Shown here: one piece after another, positions 31,030 through 41,322 of the stretch
How the letters are laid out: the number at the start of each line of letters is the position of its first letter
Numbering within the stretch: position 1 is the first letter of the stretch
The notes under the pieces: model-generated
The model's input: only the letters and a program-made list of their open reading frames with translations
What the model was told of the DNA's origin: nothing
The model's database searches: none
Translations under genes and position numbers: made by a program
NCBI GenBank assembly: GCA_963776275.1
Contig: CAVZMI010000006.1
Coordinates: forward strand, 64,001-128,000
Source: Ignavibacteriota bacterium
GTDB lineage: Bacteria > Bacteroidota > Ignavibacteria > UBA10030 > CAVZMI01
Direction: 5' to 3'
DNA length: 64,000 bases

Positions 31030-31699
31030 AATTATCCCCGAAAAAAATCTGAAAATGTCAAGCCCCGAGCTAATACTATATGATAAAACATACAATTTGG
31101 GAGTCTATTATGCAATGTTTTTCTTTAAGACTGTGACTTCCCAGACTTTTCTATGCTAAATTAAGATCGAGACGCAGAGACAGTTAACGATGAATACACG
31201 GTACAAAACCCGATGGTGGTTGATCTCGCATGTTACGAGGGAGTTGCTGTCAAAGAGAGACGGCCTGAGGATATATGGAAAGGTGGAGTTGTGCTCCACA
31301 TATTTTTAGAACATACATAAGCAGTCTAAAGAGATCGGGAGTGAAACTCCCGCTTTCTATATGAGTTCGGGAGTCAGCTTTAGAAGTAGCAAGTAGAACT
31401 CCCTCACAGCAGGAAAAGCTTTTGACGAGCAATATTCGCCATGCAAAATGTACCTACGCCTGCCCGCCTTCCTCGTGTTTCGATCTTTTCCGTCCCACGC
31501 TCCTCAGTGGGATTTACGTCCTATGCTCTTTGTGGGGTTGGCGGGCTAAGTCGACCATAACCGTAAATGGTCGGGATATGGTTCGATCCGCCTTCCGCCT
31601 ATGTTCCATTTTTCGGGACGCCCGGCGAAGCGGGCACTTCAGCAGAGTTGTACTCATTGCCCAGTAGTGGAACCTTCAACCTTTTGAAAAAATAAAGGC

Positions 31700-31746
31700 T
31701 TGACAACTTAATTATTTTTCATTATCATATAAACGACTGTTTATAT
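31700..31746 (+). promoter_or_regulatory. sigma70-type promoter with overlapping palindromic operator
   Basis: TTGACA(31700)-17 bp-TATCAT(31723); ATATAAAC-gact-GTTTATAT inverted repeat at 31727-31746. Confidence 0.75.
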
Positions 31747-31871
31747 AAGCATTTATTGATATAGATGATGGAATAAATCTGAAGGCTCAAAAGACAGAGA
31801 AAGAGACTTGTTCCGCACAAAAGCCGGCTGACGAGTTGTCTGAATCAGAATGACAAAAAACTAAAAACACC

Positions 31872-34154
31872 ATGAATTTTATAAAAACACTCCGAATATC
31901 GATATTCCTCGGAATAATGTTGCCTGCGAGTATTTCTTTTGCCCAGATAAGCGATACGGCGTACAAGAGCATTATTTCCGGAAACGTGATTGACGAAACA
32001 ACCAAGCAGCCGTTGGCGGGCGTAAACATTCTGTTGCTTAATACCATGTACGGAGCGGCAACAAATCAAGAAGGAAAGTTCGTCATCGAGAATGTTCCAG
32101 TGGGAAGATACGGCATCACTGCAGGGATCATCGGGTACGAACAGCAGACTGTTGCTGATATCACTGTAGTACCGAAAAGAACTACGACCGTCAACTTCGA
32201 ACTGGAATTGAAACCTGTCGAAGTTTCCGAGCTTGTCGTGCACCCTGAATATTTCTCAATGCTTGGAGATTTCAGCAAAAGCAGTATTTCACAGATCGAC
32301 AATAAAGAGATTCGTAAAACACCGGGCGTTCCAGATATGTTCAGAAGACTTCAATCTGTTGCCGGCATCGTCAGGGCGACGGATTATTCCCCGGCGCTTG
32401 TCGCACGCGGTGGGGATCCGGAAGAGAATTTGACATTGTTCGAAAACATCGAAATCTACAGTCCGTTCCATTTTTCAAATCTTGGCGGAACCGCTATGGC
32501 GGACGGCATGAGTATTATAGAACCCAGACTCGTCCAGTCTGTCACTCTTTCGACGGGTGGATTCGGTGTAAAGTATGGTGACAGGCTCTCTTCTGTTACA
32601 CAGATTTCCTTGCTCGAGCCCGAACGGCGAAGAATCAACGGGGATGTATCTGTCGATATGGGAGGATTCAGTGCATTCTTCAGCGGGCCGCTAGAATCAA
32701 AAACGTCATGGATGGTTGCCGGTCGGCGCGGCATCTGGGACATGTTTATGAAAATGCAAGGAAAGGATTATCATCCGAAAACAATCGATATACACGCAAA
32801 ATTCATGTATGAATTAACAGCGAATCACCATCTGACCATATCGGGGCTCTATGTAAACGACGAGTATTGGAGAATAAAAGAGGATGATAACCTTGAAGAT
32901 ATTGCAGAAAAAAAATACTGGAATATTAGCAAAAAAATGGCTGCGTGGGGTATCAACTATCGCTGGCTGTTCTCGGAAAACGGATACTTGCTCGTAACAC
33001 CGTATCTGAATCTGAACAACTGGAATATGAATGAAGGGCCATTCTGGAAAATAAAAATGGATTCGGTTATACAAATAAAGAAAATTTTTTCGGTGTAAAA
33101 GCAGAACTCACTTATCGTTATTCAAACGGACATACACTGCTGTTGGGCGGAGAGTATAAAAGCGTCGATGTAGATTATTCGAAATGGTCAGCTATGGATA
33201 CTCTGCGCACAGGCGAGATCATCTCGCCGTATTCGATCTTTTTTGGTTCGTGAAGCCAGTTATAAATTCGGACAATTTATTCAATACTCAATGCGTCCGT
33301 TTGCTTGGGTTGAGGTAAATGTGGGACTCCGAAGCGATTATTTTGAATACACAAAGGATCATGTTCTCAGTCCGCGGTTCGGAGCGACATTCGATGTTAC
33401 CGAAGAAATCAAAATCAATGCGGCGTATGGATCATTTGCGCAATTTCCACCCTTTTACAAAATATTTCTAGATCCGGCAAACAAGAATTTAAAAACAAGC
33501 ATGGCAACTCATTATGTTTTGGGATTGGAATATTTACTCAGTCCGGATTTGCAGATGAAAATTGAAGCGTTTTACAAGGACTTCGAGCATCTTCCCGTTA
33601 CAGAGAACGATACATCGAAACTCTATGTGAGCTCCGGCTCCGGTTATACACAGGGAGTGGAACTGACTCTGACAAAAAAGATGAGCGAGAATTTCTATTT
33701 GCTTGCCAATTACACATATTCCAGCTCGAAGCGAAAAGACCAGTTCCATTCATCTTACTATGATTTCAAATACGACTCGCCTCACACGATGAATGTGATG
33801 GCGAGTTATAAGCTCAGCAACTGGTGGGAAATTGGGCTTACGTATCGATATGCAAGCGGCCTGCCTTATACGCCATATGACATTTCCACACGGTCGCAAA
33901 TCGGGAATTTATGGTATTGTGCAAGAGGAAAAATAAATTCGGAAAGGCTGCCCGGCTATCAAAGACTAGATTTGCGGATCGATCGACGTTTTATTTTTGA
34001 ATCCTGGAACTTGAGCATCTTCTTGGAAATCTGGAACCTTTTAGACCATTCAAATATCGTGATGTTCGAATACAATTCCGATTTCTCGAAGATGGAAGCT
34101 ATAAAATCTATGTTTCAATTTATGCCGATGTTCGGTATTGCTGCAGAGTTTTAA
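31872..34154 (+). CDS. TonB-dependent receptor with N-terminal carboxypeptidase-regulatory-like domain; apparent frameshifts near 33042 and 33245
   Basis: ISGNVIDETTKQPLAGVNI, RGGDPEEN, GGFGVKYGDRLSS, RLPGYQRLDLRID, terminal Phe; linker frame 33043-33250 is open. Confidence 0.88.
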
Positions 34155-34393
34155 GCGGCGATGCCATGTAAAAGAGCGATCAGAATCTCCAACCCCCCTT
34201 TTTAAAAAACTTATTCCTTCTTGATTATCTTCCTGTGCCCCGGAGCAAGAACATCTCTGAACTGACAAAATTTTACAACGTGTTTGTTTATTATTCCCCA
34301 ATTCAGTAATATTCACATGAATTTATAAAAGCATTTCCTGGGATAAAATCCGGCTTGATTTCTACGGTCAGCTTACAGATTAAGGGTAAGGAT

Positions 34394-34708
34394 ATGCCAT
34401 TTACGGTATTGTTAGCTCCAATTATGTGGTTAATCAAAGCACTCTGTTATTGGAGAGTTTTCAGATGGCGGAAAATCCCTGCCACAGCCATAAATTGTCT
34501 CATTATTGCCGGAGTACCTTTCCTTCTTGCCGTTGTGCCGATACCACTCCCATTCTTCCTTACAATTCCAATTGCTATCGGTCTGGCAGTATACCTTACA
34601 ATGTACCTTACTTCTATCCCTCTAATTCCTGAGGGCCCGCTTATACCACTTGGCATTGAAACTGTATTTCTGGTTGCTTTTTGGCTCATCCAAAAGGCAA
34701 ATATTTAA
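34394..34708 (+). CDS. hypothetical membrane protein
   Basis: AAGGA RBS before ATG 34394; 3-4 hydrophobic segments. Confidence 0.6.
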   Translation: MPFTVLLAPIMWLIKALCYWRVFRWRKIPATAINCLIIAGVPFLLAVVPIPLPFFLTIPIAIGLAVYLTMYLTSIPLIPEGPLIPLGIETVFLVAFWLIQKANI

Positions 34709-34777
34709 TGATAGGTCTTGGGAAGACAATTCATGGTTACAACGATACGAGGTGTGGGAATGGATGTGAATTCAAAT

Positions 34778-35069
34778 GTAGGACGAAATTTCATTTCGTC
34801 CTCTTTAAGTAGCAAAGCACCGGTTCAATAACAATTAGTAACCACGTTCATTTTTTCATCGCAAGGCGGAAGGCGCAGGCTTCCTGAGTCCCACGTAGGG
34901 CGTGGGACGATGGTACTTTAGTGCAGCCTGCGTTGAAAAAACACAATTGAATCTTTTTATACGCACCCATAAAGGGTGCGCCTACCGTCAATGCCATTTA
35001 CTAAACATGAGGCGGTAGCCGCGGGCTTTACGCCCGCGTCGAATACAGGACGAAATTTTATTTCGTCCT
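34778..35069. repeat. cluster of GTAG-type REP hairpins
   Basis: GTAGGACGAAATTTCATTTCGTCCT (34778) and copy at 35047; CGCACCCATAAAGGGTGCGCCTAC (34962, reverse); GTAGCCGCGGGCTTTACGCCCGCG (35015). Confidence 0.75.
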
Positions 35070-35101
35070 TAGTGCTAGATTAGGTAATAGCGAAATCAGA
35101 T

Positions 35102-37507
35102 TTACTTCGATCCGGCCTCGATCCCTGCGGAAAGCAGGTCTACCGGCGAATAATCGTCTGTGAGAAGTGGATCTTCTGCTGTCTGTAATTTTACAAGGTC
35201 CTCCGGTGTCAGCCGAAGGGGAATTACAGACTCGAGCATGGAGAGACTGATACCATTTTCCCGTTGAATCTCTTCGAGCCGTTTCCGGAGCGCTTCAGTT
35301 TGCAGTACATCGGGAATCGGAACACTGGAAGCAAATAACAGAAGATTGCGCGGTTCAGTACGGTCCCATTCGGGTACAAAGGCTTTTGGGAACGCCATGA
35401 CCCGCCCTTGGCCGAACACCGCCGTCATGGTTTTCAGCACCGATCGAAAAAGCCGTCCCTTCCGCCCTTCTACTCCGCTGATGACATTCATCAACACCGT
35501 GCCGCCGGGAAGGAGCCGGCTCTTTACTTTTTCCATAAATTCTTTTGTTGTCAGGTGAAAGGGGATGCGGCCGCCGGCCGAATAGGCATCGAGAATGATA
35601 AGGTCGTAGAGTTTTGAACTCTCACGGATATACATTCTGCCGTCCGCGACATGTACCTGCATGCGCTCATCAGGCAGAAAGCCGAACCATTGCTGCGCGA
35701 GTGATACAACCGTCGGATCGATTTCGACAACGTCGAGCCTGACCGGATACGATTGTTTGAGTATCAAGGATCCCACTCCTGCTCCTCCTCCTATAACGAG
35801 AACATCCCGGATATCCTTCCGGAAGAGAAAAGGAAGATGCATAAGATTGGTGTAAAGCAGGCCGGAGGTATACGGCATTCGGAAATCGCCAGCAGTTGAA
35901 TCAAGCTGCACGGCGCTTTGTACATAGCAATCGAATAATAACATGCGGCTGTTTCCGTCCGTTGACGTGAATGAAACCGGAAAACACTGTCCCTCATCCG
36001 CCCGGATCTCCCTCCCAACCGGAAGAGCCTTCTCATCGATAACCGCCATATGGTGATACGGTGATTCGGCGCCGGTTCTGAGCCGGCGGAGCATCACGCA
36101 ATCGGGGTTTTCTTTGAGTTGAACAATCCTCCATTCCCCGTAACTCCCGACAATTATTTCATCATTACCAGTTAGCGATATCGGTTGAGGCTTCGATAAC
36201 CCGACAAGCAAGACGATCAAGACTATCGCCACCACCGTCGTTGCCAACCATCTGACGGTTAAAAAAGGGCGGTTATGAAGCACGATGGTTATCAGACCCG
36301 CTACGGTGAGGACGGATCCAATTCCTTCGAACAGATGGGACTTCCCCACTCCCCCAAAAAGTAGCAATGCAGTACCCAGTGCACCGGCCACACTTCCCAG
36401 TGTCGAGAAGGTATAGATCCGTCCGGCAGCACGTCCGGTGCCGCGTATTTTTTCCGCTGCCAGCCGCACACTGAAGGAAGAGACCATGGACAGAAGCAGT
36501 GTCGGCGCCCCATATAAAATTGTCGCAGCGAGGAACGGAGCGGAAAGAGCCGCTCCGATGGAACCCGTACTTCGTATTCCCTGAAGTGTCCGGCAAACCA
36601 CCGGCGCGATAAAAGGTATGATGAGTACAGAAAGACCGGCGAACACGATCAGACAACCGAGCCTTGTGATTGTCGGCTCGCGATCGGCGATGATTCCCCC
36701 TCCGAAATATCCCAACGCCATGACAATCAGGAAAACGCTGATCGTTCCACCCCAGACATACACGCTACCCCCGAAATAGAGGGCCACCCATGCTCCACCG
36801 GCAATTTCCAGGACAAGAACCGCTGCTCCACAGATCGCGGCCAGCATGATAAGGTGCAGGGGCAGTTTTTGCACCTGCGCCTGCGGTTTCGCTGGAGTTT
36901 TTTCCTTACGAACAGACATGATAAATAATGCTGCCGCGGTGAGCATCAGAATAATTCCACAACCGGTGAGGACTGCTTTATTCCCGGCAAAAACCGGAAA
37001 AAGAAATGTGGACATGAGAGCGCCCGATAATCCCCCCACAGTCGACCATGAAGCGATTCTGCCGGCCTCGGTTCCGGCAAACTCCGATCCTGTTGCCGAT
37101 GCGCCGATTGCCAGAGGTGTGATCATGCCGATAGCAGTTGAAGGGATGAGATAAAAAAATGCGGCAACAACGAGGGGCATGAAGCGCATTACACTCGATG
37201 AAGGATGGAAAAGAGCAATAAGATAAGCCGGGATTTTTATTCCCGTATAAACATCCAGAAACAAATAGGCCGCGGACAGCGCCATCATAGCCGCCACGGC
37301 CTTTAATCCCCAACCTCTGCTCGCGGCCTCACCTCCCAGGAGATACCCCAGACTCAGGCCGAGCATGAAGATGCTGATAATAGAAGCCCAGACAAAGATC
37401 GTACTGCCGAAAAAGGGTGCCAGCACTAATCCTCCGACGATCTCCACGATCATCAGGACGGCTCCGGAAATCAGCGCTGCCCAGCACGAAAGACCTGCCG
37501 AGTACAT
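35102..37507 (-). CDS. fused MFS-like membrane domain (duplicated) / spermidine-synthase-like SAM-fold protein
   Basis: Two SGA..M..EI.G...AP.FG.T..VW membrane repeats; VLVIGGGAG, VEIDP, DGRMYI, LIILDAYS, PFHLTT.EF, LTDDYSP. Confidence 0.88.
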   Translation of the reverse strand: MYSAGLSCWAALISGAVLMIVEIVGGLVLAPFFGSTIFVWASIISIFMLGLSLGYLLGGEAASRGWGLKAVAAMMALSAAYLFLDVYTGIKIPAYLIALFHPSSSVMRFMPLVVAAFFYLIPSTAIGMITPLAIGASATGSEFAGTEAGRIASWSTVGGLSGALMSTFLFPVFAGNKAVLTGCGIILMLTAAALFIMSVRKEKTPAKPQAQVQKLPLHLIMLAAICGAAVLVLEIAGGAWVALYFGGSVYVWGGTISVFLIVMALGYFGGGIIADREPTITRLGCLIVFAGLSVLIIPFIAPVVCRTLQGIRSTGSIGAALSAPFLAATILYGAPTLLLSMVSSFSVRLAAEKIRGTGRAAGRIYTFSTLGSVAGALGTALLLFGGVGKSHLFEGIGSVLTVAGLITIVLHNRPFLTVRWLATTVVAIVLIVLLVGLSKPQPISLTGNDEIIVGSYGEWRIVQLKENPDCVMLRRLRTGAESPYHHMAVIDEKALPVGREIRADEGQCFPVSFTSTDGNSRMLLFDCYVQSAVQLDSTAGDFRMPYTSGLLYTNLMHLPFLFRKDIRDVLVIGGGAGVGSLILKQSYPVRLDVVEIDPTVVSLAQQWFGFLPDERMQVHVADGRMYIRESSKLYDLIILDAYSAGGRIPFHLTTKEFMEKVKSRLLPGGTVLMNVISGVEGRKGRLFRSVLKTMTAVFGQGRVMAFPKAFVPEWDRTEPRNLLLFASSVPIPDVLQTEALRKRLEEIQRENGISLSMLESVIPLRLTPEDLVKLQTAEDPLLTDDYSPVDLLSAGIEAGSK

Positions 37508-37836
37508 TACATCTGTTGCTGCTGATTCTGATTCGGTATTGGCTGTGTGTTAATTCTCTCTGCCTGAATCAACATATTGCCCTGGATTTGAATACGTACC
37601 TTATCGCCTGGTTTGAACAGTGAAAAAAACTTGTTTGCGCGCAGCTTGGCGGCAATTTCGTAGGTCGCCAATTTGCCTGAGGCGTCCCGGACCGTCAGTT
37701 TGTCTGACATTATCTTCACAATCGTTACCTGTGTGAGAGTGAACGACCGGCGGTTGTCGGCTGGACCTGACGCAAGTGCCACGGCACAATAAACCACGAG
37801 TAATGCTACGATGAGATACAACTGAAATTTTTTCAT
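37507..37836 (-). CDS. small secreted hypothetical protein (OB-fold-like)
   Basis: AGGAG RBS; signal peptide MKKFQLYLIV..ALA; KPGDKVRI motif; stop overlaps next start. Confidence 0.7.
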   Translation of the reverse strand: MKKFQLYLIVALLVVYCAVALASGPADNRRSFTLTQVTIVKIMSDKLTVRDASGKLATYEIAAKLRANKFFSLFKPGDKVRIQIQGNMLIQAERINTQPIPNQNQQQQM

Positions 37837-38089
37837 AAGGTGCTCCTTTTCGATGTGCAAAATTAAGTTTCCCCCTTGACTTCCCCTTTTCAAAAAGTAC
37901 TAATTAACATTAAAATTGCGTTTTCACTGTTTCTGTGCCCGGAGGGGCCCTCGATAAACTCGAGACAAGGGACTTCCCCGCCAAAAACCGGCGGGATGCG
38001 CCTAACCTTTTTAAAATGCGAGGCGCAGAACCTATGCTATACTTTTTCCTTTTTACTTTTTACTTTTTCCTTCTCCTTTATACTCGACG

Positions 38090-38173
38090 TGCCCGGAAGG
38101 GGAGTTGAACCCCTAAGAGATTGCTCTCACTAGACCCTGAATCTAGCGTGTTTGCCAATTTCACCATCCGGGC
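38090..38173 (-). tRNA. tRNA-Leu(CAG)
   Basis: GCCCGGATGGTGAAATTGGCAAACACGCTAGATT-CAG-GGTCTAG, long variable arm, GGTTCAACTCC T-arm; CCA not encoded. Confidence 0.96.
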
Positions 38174-38223
38174 AGAAAAGCATATCAATTTACCAATATT
38201 TCCTCGAAAAGACAAGGTATAAG

Positions 38224-38343
38224 AGGTTTAAGGTTTAAGGTTTCAGGTTTCAGGTTTAAAGTTTAAAGTTTAAAGTTAAAAATTCCAAATCTCAAACTTG
38301 ATATTAAAAAACCTGAAACTTGAAACTTTCAAACCTGAAACTT
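38224..38343. repeat. inverted pair of heptamer tandem arrays
   Basis: (AGGTTTA/AGGTTTC/AAGTTTA)n at 38224-38278, then complementary (AAACTTG/AAACCTG)n to 38343. Confidence 0.75.
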
Positions 38344-40560
38344 CAGTACGTGATCGTACTCGATTCTCTCCTCCTGTTCCAGAACGGACTTGTATGCACA
38401 TCGCAGAGATCGGGCTCATGATCTTTGCGGTAGTACTCGACGGTTTTTTCGGGGCAGTATTCAGCCGCCCTCTTTTTTGTCAGTGTACAAATCGTATCAG
38501 CCATTACATTTTCAGGACGGAGGAAATATTCAACCTCCATATTAATATCCTTATCGTCGTACACATATTTCATGAAGCGGCCCCAGATCGGACCGACAGC
38601 CCGCGCTCCCTGTCCGTCCCAGTTATTGAAGTGAATCGATTTATTATCCCATCCGACCCAGCCGCCTGCGACAAGGTTTGGTGTAAATCCGATGAACCAT
38701 GCATCGGCATATTCCTGTGTCGTTCCGGTCTTCCCCGCTGCAGGATAGCTGAAGTATCGCCGCACGCCGGCGCCGGTTCCATAATTAATCACATCTTCCA
38801 TCATCGTGGTCATGATGAATGCTGTTTCTTTGCTCAAGACCTCGTTCATCTCAGCGGTACTATCTTCAATCACATTCCCGTCTTTATCCTCGATGCGCAG
38901 GACGGCATTCGGTTCCACAAAAACTCCTTCGTTGGCAAACACTCCGTAGGCGGAGACAATTTCAAGGGGCGTCACTTCGCCTGTTCCCATGGCCAGCGAT
39001 TCATATGGCGGAAGATCCGAATGAATTCCCATACGATGGGCATATTCTACAACCGTTTTCGCCGGTGCAATTTCCTGTGTGATCAACCGAGCCGTAATCA
39101 GGTTCACCGATTTTTCGAGACCTTCACGTAGCGTCATCTTCCCGCCGACACTTCCATCGGCATTTGACGGGGTCCGACCGGGTCCCATCGGCGAGGATCA
39201 CTGTGACAGGCTGGTTAAGAATTTCAAAACTCGGTGAATAACTGTTATCGATAGCAACGGTATAAACGAACGGTTTGAATGTCGAACCGGGCTGGCGATG
39301 AATTTGCGTGACGTGATTGAGTCCGTATTTGATGTTCTTATACGGATTCCCTCCGACCATCGCAAGGATATTCCCGTTGCGCGGGTCAAGCGCCATGAAC
39401 CCTACTTCAAGAGTCTGTGCAACTTTCCGGACAGAATCGATAAAAGCCGGAGTCGATTTTAACCGCTGGAACACCGATTTCCGAGCCTCGACTGTTTCTG
39501 CGCGCTGATATTCATCGCTCGATTTAATCGCCTTGTCGACCTCTTTAGCCAGAACATCGGCGTTGCTGGCCCATTTCCATTGACTATCAAAAAGTTTTTG
39601 ATATTCCTTGAGATGCTCCATCACTGCACGGTTTGCATAACGCTGCATACGGCTGTCGAGCGTTGTGTAAATTGTCAACCCGTCCCGGTACAGATCGTAT
39701 CCATGAAGCTTCGGATCTTTCGAAAGCTGCTGGCGAATCATCTCGACAAATTGCGGTGCGATGCCCGTGTTGAGCTCATCGACCGATCGAAGTTTCAACT
39801 CTATCGTGTGGGTCGAATCGAACCTCGCCTGTGAAATAAAGTTATACTTCAGCATCTGTGAAAGGACCGTGTTCCGCCGCTGATATGCACGTTCGGCGTG
39901 GTTGAACGGATCGTAGACCGCGGGTCCTTTTAATAACGCAACAAGTGTTGCGCATTCGGCGAGAGAAAGCTGTGTCGGCTCTTTTCCAAAATATATTTCC
40001 GCTGCCGCAGAGATGCCGTAGGCGCTCCGCCCAAAATAGGCCACATTGAGATATAGTTCGAGAATTTCTTTTTTTGTATATGTTCGTTCTATCTGGACAG
40101 CCGTAATAATTTCACGCATTTTCCGAACAATTTTATCAAGAAAATTTTCCTGATGACTTTTTAGCTCATAGAGGTTCCGGGCAAGCTGCTGCGTGATTGT
40201 GCTTGCACCTTCGCGCATTTTGAAGGTAAGAAGATTTTTCACCTGTGCCTGAAGAAACCTGACGGCATCAACTCCCCAGTGATCGAAGAAATTTTTATCC
40301 TCCGTCGCAATCAGAGCATTAATCATCGTCAGGGGAATTTTATCTATTGTGACGCGTGTTCGATTCTTAATATAATACTGATCGATCACTTCGCCGTCAA
40401 TTGAAATCAATCGCGTCGCGAGTTCCGGACGCGGGTTTTCGAGCTCTTCCAGCGACGGGAGCCCGGATGCGATATAGATACTCCCAGCAATCACTATCGC
40501 CCCGACGACACTCAGTGTGATAATGATCTTGCGCTTGTGTTTTTCAAAAAACTTACTCAC
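38343..40560 (-). CDS. mrcA: penicillin-binding protein 1A, apparent frameshift near 39177
   Basis: ATEDKNFFDHWG, GASTITQQLARN, RQPGSTFKPF (SxxK), SVN, GKTGTT. Confidence 0.93.
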
Positions 40561-40572
40561 CTATTATTCCCC

Positions 40573-41322
40573 CTATAATGTCTTCCAAGTTTTAAGATGA
40601 AGTTCCGTTTCATCAAACACTGCATACGAATTATGCACCATCCAATCACCGAGGTTGACATAGACTCCCTTCTCCATGAGGTGATACAACGGGATATGGC
40701 GATGCCCCATAATCACATAATCGAATCCCTCATTCAGCATTCGTTCCGCAAACTCTTTCATTCCATCCCCTTCACCGTAATTCTTCGTATCGGTATAATC
40801 ACGACTTTTTTTCGATACCATGCGTGCAATACCAAATGCCATCGTCGGATGAATCATCGAAAAAAGAGCGACGGAGAGTTTGTTACGCAGTATCCGCCGT
40901 AATATCAGGTATCCCGTATCGTTTTTAGCAAATCCGTCTCCGTGAGCGATATAGAACCGCCGGCCTGCGATCCCGAGCTCAAACGGTTTTTTTTCAATCT
41001 GAACCCCCAGCGCCTGTGGAAAAAATTTTCCAATCCAGAAATCATGGTTCCCGGCAAGAAACCGCACTTCAATTCCCCGCGATGTAAGCTGCTCGAGCTT
41101 CGTATAGAGCCTGTGATACCCGCGCGGAACGACATGCCGATACTCGAACCAGAAATCGAACAAATCGCCCGCGATGATCAGGCGTTCGCCCGTTGTCCTG
41201 ACATGTTCAAGGAATCCGAGAAGCCGTTCCATCTTCGCTTCCTCGTTCTCGGGATGAGTCTTCGATTCAAGACCGAGATGGACGTTGGAGATAAAATACG
41301 TTAATGCCATTGTGAAAATCAA
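40573..41322 (-). CDS. lpxH: UDP-2,3-diacylglucosamine diphosphatase
   Basis: GDLFDFWFEY, GNHDFW, AHGDG, MGHRH, NLGDW; first motif reads SNVH rather than SDxH. Confidence 0.82.
   Translation of the reverse strand: MIFTMALTYFISNVHLGLESKTHPENEEAKMERLLGFLEHVRTTGERLIIAGDLFDFWFEYRHVVPRGYHRLYTKLEQLTSRGIEVRFLAGNHDFWIGKFFPQALGVQIEKKPFELGIAGRRFYIAHGDGFAKNDTGYLILRRILRNKLSVALFSMIHPTMAFGIARMVSKKSRDYTDTKNYGEGDGMKEFAERMLNEGFDYVIMGHRHIPLYHLMEKGVYVNLGDWMVHNSYAVFDETELHLKTWKTL

Noticed and set aside
31170-31670. Structured ncRNA or riboswitch upstream of the TonB receptor
   Set aside because: Hairpins and a start-less peptide remnant are present, but I could not match cobalamin, TPP or other riboswitch consensus. 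An Rfam/Infernal scan would settle it.
38298-39131. 277-aa plus-strand ORF
   Set aside because: Antisense shadow of PBP1A with no recognisable motifs. The same applies to most short overlapping ORFs in the track.
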